64,000 nt of DNA, from IMG/VR virus record IMGVR_UViG_3300035182_001315, one strand, 5' to 3'. The translations under genes were made by a program, and so were the position numbers. The DNA is from a virus. Taxonomy: Duplodnaviria; Caudoviricetes. Positions 1 through 8,041 of this stretch are shown one piece after another (the stretch's first letter is position 1; every line of letters begins with the position of its first letter). The notes under the pieces were generated by a model. It searched no databases, was not told the DNA's origin, and saw nothing but the letters and a program-made list of their open reading frames with translations.

Positions 1-820
1 TAACATTCAATTTACCGAAAAGAAGTTGCTCCGCATTGAAGGCAGCATTGTTCGCTAAAGCTAATGCAAGTTGTTGTCCACCTATAACACCAAGTTTAGT
101 ATCAGTAAGTAAACCAGTTGCAGTAAGAACTCTACCGGCAAGACTGCTACGAATATCGTAGTTAGTAACTATACCACCTTTTGCAAGGCCAAGGCCCTGT
201 CCGTTAAGTACACTTCCAATTACATCTGCTGCTTGAACGGATGCTCCACCACCAAGATTTAACGCACCGTATTCATCTAAGTAAGATGGTAACTGCTGCG
301 CAGTTTGGATTGGTTGAAGAGTGATTATTTCAGCCATATCAATCTGCTTGGTGTAATCCAGATATAAATTCTTAATCGTATTTAATTTACGATATTGCTT
401 GAAGTCAGTTTTAGGTAAAAGACCGTATTGAGTAATATCCTCTTGAGAGTAGTCTCCAGAACCATTTGCTGAAGTAGGAAAATTAGCTGTTTTGCTAATA
501 TTTTCGATACTGATAAGTTCAGTAGCATTAGATTCGAGATTCTTATAATGGTTCATTATAACAGCATTATTATATCTGAATACACCATCCACTTCAATAC
601 TTACGTGTTGAATAACGGTATCACTACCAACTGATAAATCCAGTATCGGTTCACCACCCTTCGGAGCACCATTGATTGAAGTAGACAGGAAAGGATACTT
701 GATAGGATTCTGGATATTCTTGTGTAGAAGGAAATCCCTCAATCCATAACCAAGTGCTGTACCTGTGATGGAGTTTTTTGACCCAGAAGTCGGAGAAGCT
801 GTATTGTAGTACAATGGCAT
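1..820 (-). CDS. Probable virion structural (tail/baseplate) protein, N-terminal part; runs off the window start
   Basis: Manual translation: open from ATG at 820 (MPLYYNTASPTSGSKNSITGTALGYGLRDFLLHKNIQNP...) to position 1 without a stop. Missed by the ORF track. TATTTAT motif at 834-840 upstream; lies directly downstream of the tape measure gene. Confidence 0.7.
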   Translation of the reverse strand, partial: MPLYYNTASPTSGSKNSITGTALGYGLRDFLLHKNIQNPIKYPFLSTSINGAPKGGEPILDLSVGSDTVIQHVSIEVDGVFRYNNAVIMNHYKNLESNATELISIENISKTANFPTSANGSGDYSQEDITQYGLLPKTDFKQYRKLNTIKNLYLDYTKQIDMAEIITLQPIQTAQQLPSYLDEYGALNLGGGASVQAADVIGSVLNGQGLGLAKGGIVTNYDIRSSLAGRVLTATGLLTDTKLGVIGGQQLALALANNAAFNAEQLLFGKLNV

Positions 821-893
821 ACGGTGTTTTTATATAAATACCATAGTAACCCATTTTTTGAAGAAATAAACCTCAATAACTCTTTTTACCAAT

Positions 894-916
894 AAAAAAG
901 ACCCACTACGGGTCTT
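894..916 (-). terminator. Rho-independent terminator downstream of the tape measure gene
   Basis: Stem AAGACCC(898-904)/GGGTCTT(910-916), 5-nt loop, T-tract on the minus strand (A run 894-899 on plus). Confidence 0.7.
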
Positions 917-994
917 ATACTAAGTATGTTTGGTAAATGTATTTATGAAAATGTAGTTTTTATTATTTATTTTTATAAATTTATCATTGATAAA

Positions 995-1025
995 CAAATA
1001 TACGAATTTTTTTCCACATTGTCAA
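995..1025 (-). promoter_or_regulatory. Host-RNAP-type promoter TTGACA-N17-TATATTTG
   Basis: Minus strand reads TTGACA (1025-1020), 17-nt spacer, TATATTTG (1002-995). Matches the sigma70 -35/-10 and the Bacteroidota TAnnTTTG element. Confidence 0.6.
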
Positions 1026-1037
1026 GTAAATATAGCT

Positions 1038-3500
1038 TTATTTTCCAACTCTTTGCTGATTTATACCAGAAATTGCGTTAGAAGTCTCCATATGTATCAT
1101 TTTCGTGATGTCACGGATGAAACTTGGGGTATTTAGAAGGGTTCTGCCGACCTCTGGGTTGCTGTTTCCACCGGATTTTAGCTCAATACTACCTCCAAAT
1201 TTGATTTCACCGAAGGTAACGTTCAGAGAACCAGGTATTCCGCCGCCCATTCCGCCTGATTGTTGACCATTTCGTGCGCCAGAAATCAACTTTTCCTTGT
1301 TCTGGAAGTTCGGAGCACTACTATTCTGGATTGCCCTTGCCAAATCCTTATTTCCGTTCTCATTCGTACCGGCAATCATCGTTCCATCATCAACCTTCGT
1401 GAATTTATCCTTGTCGTTAAACTTAATAATACCATCATTAATCATGCTTGGTCCCTCATTTGACCCCTTCTTCTTTCCACTGAAGGCATCCCCAATGGCA
1501 CCGCCCAGCATAGAACCAAGCTGTCCACCCAAAGCAGTCCCCAGAGGACCCAAAAAGCTGCCCAATAAGCCGCCAATAGCGCCCCCAGCCACATTACCCA
1601 CACCCTCACCAATAGAGTTCGCAGAAAGAGCGTTTACACCGCCCACAGCAGCGCCACCAAGGGCTCCACCAAGCTTTGTACCCAATCCCTTGCTAATTCC
1701 ACCCAGCATGCTACCACCGCCGCCACCGCCACCGCCACCTACGGAAGCTGTCATATTGAATCCTTTACCCAACGCAATACCATTCAATAACCACTTACCG
1801 GCCTCAAACATAATGAACAGACCAGCAGAAAGCTTAGGAAATTTAACAATGAAGTTACCAACACCAGCGATGAAGTTACCAATACTTTCCGAGAATTTAA
1901 GAATACCATCCAAAAATTTAGGGTCTTTGAATTTTGTAACCAATCCTTGAAGAGTTGGGCCAAGCTTGGTATTAATAGCCTCAACCAACGGAACAAGCAA
2001 TTGCTTGAACATGGTATAGGTATTCTTTAACTGGTCATCAAACGTTTGCGAATCCTTGGCTCTTTGTTCCATAGATTCCCTTTGTTTAGATGCAGCCAAT
2101 AATTGTGCCTTATCAGATTCGTTAAGTGTATCTAAATATTTCTTACCACCATTGATTTGAATACTTGCTTTACCAGTTTTATCCAGTTGTGCTGTACTCG
2201 CAATGAACTCTTGCGTATCCTTATCAACGTTGATTGAGATTTGACTCTTTATCTTTGTAAACTTAGCAGCATTCTTACCAGACTTAACAAGGTCATCTAA
2301 TGCTAAACCAGTTTGTTGTGCAATGGTTCTAAGTCTGCTCATCTCAAGAGCTGAGATATCAAACTCACCTGTCTTCGAATTGAATTTAGCAGTTGATGCG
2401 GTTGCATCGGTAATTGCTTTAGTCAATCCTTCCATATCATTACGGGCCATGTTCATAAGCTTGAACGGGTCAGCAAGCTTCGCCCATTCTCCACCCAAAA
2501 CCTGCAACTGCGCAGACATATCAACAGCACCTTCAATGTCGAATAGCTTATCAGCAAAGCCAGAAGCAAAACTCATATCAACACCTAACTTGGTTGTTGA
2601 CTTCGCCATATCTGCAAGGCCCTTTACACCATTCTTGAAATTGTATTTGTTTAACAAACTAATGTTGTTGGAAATGTTTTTAATAATCTTTGATGAGTTA
2701 ATACCCAATGCATGGGCATCATTCATTGTTTGCTCAACATATTCGGCAGTACGCTGAGCACTGATACCAATCTGGTCGAAATCAGCAGCCATCTTTGCAG
2801 AGCCTTCAGCACCTAACCCAGTTGCAACAGACATTGAAGCCAATGCCTTAGCACCTTCTTTACCTAATTGAACTGTACGGCCCAACTCATCAGAATATGT
2901 TGCTTGTAGTTTTGCAATGTCACCAATACCAACACCATAATCAATAGTATCCATAGCGGCTGCTTGGATGTCTTTACTGAATTGTTGTGATTGATTGGAA
3001 AGAATACCCATCTGTAGAGCAGATGTTTTGATAGCCTTTGACATGTCAAATATTTCAGCAAAGTGAAGTTTTGCGTAAACGGTTTTGATACCAGTAACAA
3101 CACTCATTAAATCCTTACCACTCTGCTTGAAAATACTACCCATCTTGGTTGATGTCTTCAGCTGGGTCGCCAGAAGGTCCGATAGTTGCTTGTTCTTTTT
3201 AACCTCATCATCCAACCACTTAATCTTCGCCTTTTCAATTTCAAGTTGTTTCTTGGCATCATCGATATTCTTCTTGTTGCCGGATTTGTAGGCTTTGTTC
3301 AGTTCCTTTTGAGCATCAGACTCGGCAAGACGCTGCTTAACCATATCTTCCTGTAAGGCTTTGATGGTAGTTTGCATGTCCTTAATCTTCTTTATGGTTT
3401 TAGCATAACTGTTAGAAAGGTCATTTAACTCTTGCTGTTGGTCAAGGCTCTTTTTAAGTTCTTCAACCAGCTTTGCTATATCTTTGGGGTCTAATGCCAT
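1038..3500 (-). CDS. Tail tape measure protein
   Basis: 820 aa, long helical/coiled-coil Ala/Lys-rich N-terminus, Gly-rich hydrophobic C-terminal segments. Lies downstream of the tube and chaperone genes, with an ATATTTAT motif at 3518-3525. Confidence 0.8.
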   Translation of the reverse strand: MALDPKDIAKLVEELKKSLDQQQELNDLSNSYAKTIKKIKDMQTTIKALQEDMVKQRLAESDAQKELNKAYKSGNKKNIDDAKKQLEIEKAKIKWLDDEVKKNKQLSDLLATQLKTSTKMGSIFKQSGKDLMSVVTGIKTVYAKLHFAEIFDMSKAIKTSALQMGILSNQSQQFSKDIQAAAMDTIDYGVGIGDIAKLQATYSDELGRTVQLGKEGAKALASMSVATGLGAEGSAKMAADFDQIGISAQRTAEYVEQTMNDAHALGINSSKIIKNISNNISLLNKYNFKNGVKGLADMAKSTTKLGVDMSFASGFADKLFDIEGAVDMSAQLQVLGGEWAKLADPFKLMNMARNDMEGLTKAITDATASTAKFNSKTGEFDISALEMSRLRTIAQQTGLALDDLVKSGKNAAKFTKIKSQISINVDKDTQEFIASTAQLDKTGKASIQINGGKKYLDTLNESDKAQLLAASKQRESMEQRAKDSQTFDDQLKNTYTMFKQLLVPLVEAINTKLGPTLQGLVTKFKDPKFLDGILKFSESIGNFIAGVGNFIVKFPKLSAGLFIMFEAGKWLLNGIALGKGFNMTASVGGGGGGGGGSMLGGISKGLGTKLGGALGGAAVGGVNALSANSIGEGVGNVAGGAIGGLLGSFLGPLGTALGGQLGSMLGGAIGDAFSGKKKGSNEGPSMINDGIIKFNDKDKFTKVDDGTMIAGTNENGNKDLARAIQNSSAPNFQNKEKLISGARNGQQSGGMGGGIPGSLNVTFGEIKFGGSIELKSGGNSNPEVGRTLLNTPSFIRDITKMIHMETSNAISGINQQRVGK

Positions 3501-3532
3501 ATTTTCGTGTGTTCTTTATAAATATCAAGAAA

Positions 3533-3555
3533 TAAAAAAACCCTTGTAAAAGGGT
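3533..3555 (-). terminator. Terminator after the frameshift-extension ORF
   Basis: ACCCTT(3540-3545)-GTAA-AAGGGT(3550-3555), followed on the minus strand by a T8 tract. Confidence 0.6.
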
Positions 3556-3562
3556 CGTTTTA

Positions 3563-3839
3563 TTAATTATTTGGATTAATTTCACCAGATTTGAGCTTGC
3601 TCTTCAGTTGATTACCGCCAATTGTGGTTGTACGGTTACCCTTTCCGCCCTTTTGTTTCGGGGCCTCGGCCTCTCTATCCTGTGCATCATGATTTTCCTT
3701 TAATAGCAGTCCAAGGTGGAACCGGCGCTCAGCTGTCGGCATAGTCAGGATATCCTGATAACCCAATTCCAGTCTTTTCATACAAATATGAATCTCTTCC
3801 CAGATTTCACGCTTAAAGTGCGAAGTCAGGCCAAAAAAA
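3563..3839 (-). CDS. gp51-like / tail chaperone 'T' segment, probably reached by a +1 (or -2) frameshift from the upstream gene
   Basis: Frame open across the T7 run (3833-3839): ...FFGLTSHFKREIWEEIHICMKRLELGYQDILTMPTAERRFHLGLL... The LxxMPxxERxxxxxLL pattern recalls T4-like gp51 baseplate hub assembly catalysts. A terminator follows its stop. Confidence 0.6.
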
Positions 3840-5051
3840 GCTGATGTTAAGTGGAAAGAAAGTCTTAACCGACCCACCCCCCGGAGTCGGAACTGTAAGC
3901 TCCAAATCAATACCACTTTCAATAGAATCGATATGTTTCTTTAAAACACTTCCGTCCTTAACTCGAAGATTCTTTACGAAATCATCAACAACTTCCTCAC
4001 CACGCTCACCATTAACCTCAACGATTTGTCTTTCCAATACGTATGTGTTATGATGGTTTACTGGGTCTTCAGCTTCCTTATCTTCCTGCATAAGCAACTC
4101 GATTTCTTCCAAATCACCAACATTCAATAGTCTGAACTTGATGCTGGCCTTTGAAACCGGCAAGAAGAAATCAAACAATCCTTCAGCATCAGGAGTATCA
4201 CCTAAGTGTTTTGATTTTAATGATGTCAAATCAATTTCAGTTTCAAATGGAACATTGTTCTCATCCAAAAGAGTTACTGGATACATCTCACCATAGCTGG
4301 TAGCTCTCAACCATAACATGATTGCGCTTCTATCACCTACGTGCAAGTCCTTATAACGAAGGTCAGATTCCAATAATTTTCTGTTGATAAGAATCTCTAA
4401 GAATTCACCACTCTGAATAAGATTTGGTGATGTAAGAATGTTTTCATCTGCGGTTGTCATGTATGCAACCTTAACGTTTGCTTTCTTGTTTTTATAAAGC
4501 TTTCCCTCGGAAGGCAACGGAATTAAGTCGAACGCTGTGTTAAATTGTGGTTGACTTAATTCTTCAATGTAATTGTTTTTTGGTGCTGTCATAGTAAGGT
4601 TTGTAACTTTTGTTGTATTAACTGGGGCCTTTATTTCGGCCTTCTTTACTGGCTTAACTTCAGGAACAACTTCAACAACTGGCTTTCTCTGTTCTGCCTC
4701 GGCAAATTGAGTTTGATATTTTTCAGTTGCTTCCTTGTTCTTTTGGAGTTGAAGGTTCCTTGCTTCAAGTTGAAGCTTGGTTCTTTCTTGCATTTGTCTG
4801 ATAGCTTCCGCTTCAGCGCCATTGCCCTGAATAGAATTATCATATGATTGAACGGCTTGTTCAACATTATGTTCTTTGTATGTTGCATCGACCTTTATAT
4901 TCGGGTCAGCAATAGCAAGTTGTGGAACAAGTACTGGTATTACTTCGGCTTCTGGCGTTTGAACCTCTTTAACATTGGTTGGAATAATCTTTTTCTTAAC
5001 CTCTGTTAATTTCACGGTTTTCTTGTCAGGGATGACATTTGGTCTTTTCAT
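3813..5051 (-). CDS. T4 gp26-like baseplate hub assembly / tail assembly chaperone with N-terminal low-complexity extension
   Basis: C-terminal half IPLPSEGKLY...VAYMTTADENILTSPNLI...WLRATSYGEMY, ending FFWPDFAL. Immediately upstream of the tape measure gene; ATATTTAT at 5075-5082. Confidence 0.7.
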   Translation of the reverse strand: MKRPNVIPDKKTVKLTEVKKKIIPTNVKEVQTPEAEVIPVLVPQLAIADPNIKVDATYKEHNVEQAVQSYDNSIQGNGAEAEAIRQMQERTKLQLEARNLQLQKNKEATEKYQTQFAEAEQRKPVVEVVPEVKPVKKAEIKAPVNTTKVTNLTMTAPKNNYIEELSQPQFNTAFDLIPLPSEGKLYKNKKANVKVAYMTTADENILTSPNLIQSGEFLEILINRKLLESDLRYKDLHVGDRSAIMLWLRATSYGEMYPVTLLDENNVPFETEIDLTSLKSKHLGDTPDAEGLFDFFLPVSKASIKFRLLNVGDLEEIELLMQEDKEAEDPVNHHNTYVLERQIVEVNGERGEEVVDDFVKNLRVKDGSVLKKHIDSIESGIDLELTVPTPGGGSVKTFFPLNISFFWPDFAL

Positions 5052-5148
5052 AATATAAAACGTTTAACTTAACAATAAATATAGGTTTTTAAGTTTTTTT
5101 GTAAAGAGAACGCTACAATTAGTGTATATTTACCGAAAATTTCCCCTT

Positions 5149-5463
5149 ATGGATATAATGGATATGGTTTATCCCTCTGGGGATGAAAATTCTTGGATGG
5201 CAAAATCGGATTTTAAATTTAAGGTCTTGATTGATAATTTAATTAGAAAATATGGTGAAACACCGAACGCATCTGATTTTACACCTCAATTTATAATTGA
5301 AATATCTCCCTTGTTAAATTATGAAAATTTTAAGGTTACCTCAAGACCAATTTTTTTATACGAGAACAGGGTTTACTCAATAGACGAAACTGATGATACA
5401 ACAGAGATACTTAAACAATACTTGGATGATGGAAAGACCATCTGTATTATAACTCATATATAA
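5149..5463 (+). CDS. Hypothetical protein (~104 aa)
   Basis: Only ORF between two minus-strand genes, followed by a bidirectional terminator. ATG 5149 preferred over GTG 5122. Confidence 0.5.
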   Translation: MDIMDMVYPSGDENSWMAKSDFKFKVLIDNLIRKYGETPNASDFTPQFIIEISPLLNYENFKVTSRPIFLYENRVYSIDETDDTTEILKQYLDDGKTICIITHI

Positions 5464-5515
5464 AACACAATAAAATAGTACATATCTATACAATGCCTTA
5501 CGGTACAAAAAATAA

Positions 5516-5542
5516 AAAATCCCCTAATGAATAGGGGATTTT
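5516..5542. terminator. Bidirectional terminator between convergent genes
   Basis: AAAATCCCCTA-ATGAA-TAGGGGATTTT perfect stem with A/T tails. Confidence 0.75.
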
Positions 5543-5566
5543 CTTTATTAAGAATTTGATATTAAA

Positions 5567-6055
5567 TTAGAACAACAAGATAGCTCTGTCGAATCTAAGG
5601 GTAGCTGTAATTTCAGCGATACCATCATCATCCATTGCCAAGTCACCGAATACAACGTTTGTTAACATCGTACCATCAAGCAACCACTTTTCAACCACAA
5701 CACCCGTTGGGTCAAGCATTTCCAATTCAACTGGTCTCTTGTAACCTGCTGCGTAACCTTGTCTACCTGTTATAGTCTCAGAGTGTAAACGTACCCATTC
5801 CATGATAGCCTGAGATGCGGAAGGACCAATTGGGTCTCTGAAGGTAACGTCAATGTTTTCCCAAGTGAAACGACCAATAACCCAAGTAGAAGTATTAAGG
5901 AAAGGAATTTCTACTTCATTCTGTGTAATTGAAGGTCTGGAAGCTGTTGACAACCACCATTGTTGAATACCTAAATCAGCAGGGAATGTAATAAGCCAAC
6001 GATTCTTTTTCTTAGGTTCGTAAGGCAAAGGCATTTTCATGAGTAAATCGGCCAT
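5567..6055 (-). CDS. Tail tube protein (T4 gp19-like)
   Basis: 162 aa: YEPKKKNRWLITFP, RPSITQNEVEIPFLN, GRFTWENIDVTFRDPI, LEMLDPTGVVVEKWLL, LRFDRAIL. Downstream of the sheath gene. Confidence 0.9.
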   Translation of the reverse strand: MADLLMKMPLPYEPKKKNRWLITFPADLGIQQWWLSTASRPSITQNEVEIPFLNTSTWVIGRFTWENIDVTFRDPIGPSASQAIMEWVRLHSETITGRQGYAAGYKRPVELEMLDPTGVVVEKWLLDGTMLTNVVFGDLAMDDDGIAEITATLRFDRAILLF

Positions 6056-6124
6056 ATTCGTAAAATTTTAGTTTAAACTTATTTTTATATAAATATGCGG
6101 TAATTGCATTTTTATTAATTTTTT

Positions 6125-7576
6125 TTAAGGCTTAACCTTTTTTGGGTTCTTTTGAGCCCATAAATGCATAAATAATTCAAATAATACCGATAAAAACTTG
6201 GTAAGATTCTTTTTAAATGCTCTTCTGTCCTGTGCATCAGCCAAGAAAGCCTTGTTCGGCTCAATGGTATTGTATTCAGGAGCCTCATTCATCTTGTTCA
6301 ATCCACCACCAAACTTCGCTAATCTGTCGAGGTTTCCTGAGTATAACCCCAACAAAATCTCATCCATAAACGTCTTATATTGTCTCAATCCGTTCATATC
6401 ATCTGCCGGTACATTGAACATTTTCTGGAAATCAGTTAACATAATAGGATTCGCACGGAACCTCGCTATAATATTATCCAGCTTGGCATCTGTGCCGGTT
6501 GGCTTAAGATTCCTTACCTTCGGCCTGATACTATCAACCATTCCAATCAATTGTTCAAATAGCTTAACCTTATCGGTAGAAGTTGCTTTCTCTAAGTATG
6601 CTACGCTATTTGGGTCAGTAATATATCTCCCTTCAGTTAACGCCCCTGCTGGTGTAATTTTTTGTAAGTCACTGGTTTTCACAGCAAAAATGTTCTTTTT
6701 GCCGGGATATTTAACCTGAGTACGGCCCGGAGCGGAATCAATCTTTAATACTTCAACCTCGTTACCCTTATAAAGTCTCTTGTCTCCCGGCTTCATCATT
6801 TTGTCGATAGCGGCACCTGTACCAACCCTTGCACCGGCACGAACACCCAACATCTTACGATTGTTAATGATGAACTTGAATAGTGAAAGGGTTGAGCGGT
6901 AGATGTCTTCGAAGGCTGGGTCAAACGTTCCACGGCGAACATTTGCTGCACCGGCAGCTGGAGCTGTAGGTAGCGCAACGTGCTTTGGAAGTTCTGCTGG
7001 GTCAACCGGCTTAATTGAATTCAAGAGATTTGTAAGGATGGCAGCTCTGGATTCCTTTTTACCCACTTCTTTTGGAACTGGTGTAGCGGCTGTGTCGCCA
7101 AGGCGTTTGTTCACAACAGCTGGATAATCAGTCTCATAAACATTCTTGTAGATACCCTTGAGATTTCTGTCACGGATGTCTTGTACGTAGGTTCTAAGGT
7201 CAGAAATAATAGCATTGGCCGCTGGGACGGTCAGGTAACCATCTTCGGTTGGTGGTAGGTAGGTTGCGCCATGAACTTCTTCATAGGCTGCGTTGAGCTG
7301 TAGAACGGTATTTAGAAAGATAGTATTATCTTTGGAGTTTGGGAAGTCTGGGTCCTTCTGGCGAATGTCGGCATCCAAGTCTTTAACAAGCTGGTTGCTT
7401 ACGTTAGCAAGGGTCTTTGGGTCCTTTGAAATGTTCTTCTTTTTGGAAAGGGAAGAAAGGATATTCTTGATATTCTGGAAGGTGCCTTCGGATAAAATCT
7501 GCTGTGCGGCATCGCCCTTGATGGTTTCAACAAGACGAGAATATTGCTCAGTAGTTATGACAAGTTTTTTACCCAT
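6125..7576 (-). CDS. Hypothetical protein, candidate head-internal/virion protein
   Basis: 483-aa ORF. N-terminus MGKKLVITTEQYSRLVE; several (L/I/M)xE sites (LVE, LSE, LTE, MNE). Confidence 0.65.
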   Translation of the reverse strand: MGKKLVITTEQYSRLVETIKGDAAQQILSEGTFQNIKNILSSLSKKKNISKDPKTLANVSNQLVKDLDADIRQKDPDFPNSKDNTIFLNTVLQLNAAYEEVHGATYLPPTEDGYLTVPAANAIISDLRTYVQDIRDRNLKGIYKNVYETDYPAVVNKRLGDTAATPVPKEVGKKESRAAILTNLLNSIKPVDPAELPKHVALPTAPAAGAANVRRGTFDPAFEDIYRSTLSLFKFIINNRKMLGVRAGARVGTGAAIDKMMKPGDKRLYKGNEVEVLKIDSAPGRTQVKYPGKKNIFAVKTSDLQKITPAGALTEGRYITDPNSVAYLEKATSTDKVKLFEQLIGMVDSIRPKVRNLKPTGTDAKLDNIIARFRANPIMLTDFQKMFNVPADDMNGLRQYKTFMDEILLGLYSGNLDRLAKFGGGLNKMNEAPEYNTIEPNKAFLADAQDRRAFKKNLTKFLSVLFELFMHLWAQKNPKKVKP

Positions 7577-7973
7577 TGTAATTTGGAAATCTTTGGCTGA
7601 TTAGTTCTTGAATCTTAGCCATGTTGTATTTAAGAATAGTACCAATGGTAATCATTTCCTCAGGAGATTTCATTGATAGATAGCCACCATTCTTTCTTAC
7701 GATTGAGAAAAGCGTATCGGCTTCCTTTTCGAAACCATCACGGTAATAAACGTAACCATTCTGAAGGGCGGTAGGCATAAGATGAATACCAGCATCCTTA
7801 AGAACCTGTACAGTTTCAGGTAGTGCATATGTAGTAAAGCCTACACCACGCTTGCCGTCCAATACGGATTGCATCATTGAGTCCTTAACAGGATTCGCCT
7901 GTGATTGCACATCTTCGGTGACCTTGGCTGTAAGGGTCTTAAACTGGCTCTCAGTGATTCTTAGCTTTCTCAT
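7569..7973 (-). CDS. Hypothetical protein, candidate head-internal protein
   Basis: 134 aa. N-terminus MRKLRITESQFKTL resembles that of the next gene; own ATATTTAT motif at 7978-7985. Confidence 0.65.
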   Translation of the reverse strand: MRKLRITESQFKTLTAKVTEDVQSQANPVKDSMMQSVLDGKRGVGFTTYALPETVQVLKDAGIHLMPTALQNGYVYYRDGFEKEADTLFSIVRKNGGYLSMKSPEEMITIGTILKYNMAKIQELISQRFPNYNG

Positions 7974-7996
7974 GTATATAAATATTCTCTTAAAAT

Positions 7997-8025
7997 AAAA
8001 AACCCCTGAGTTTCAGGGGTTTTTT
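7997..8025 (-). terminator. Terminator of the tail sheath gene
   Basis: AAAAAACCCCTGA-GTT-TCAGGGGTTTTTT perfect inverted repeat. Confidence 0.8.
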
Positions 8026-8041
8026 AGATTTATAATCTTGA

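Noticed and set aside
651-854. 67-aa ORF from the ORF track
   Set aside because: It overlaps, in another frame, the much longer ORF (ATG 820 to the window start) that has the promoter motif and normal composition.
1010-1018. DnaA box (TTTTCCACA) / replication origin
   Set aside because: Only a single box, lying inside a promoter spacer; no iterons or box cluster.
3840-3922. Independent start at 3922 for the 119-aa ORF
   Set aside because: The first 28 codons lie deep within the upstream gene and look non-coding; frameshift entry or an internal Met is more plausible.
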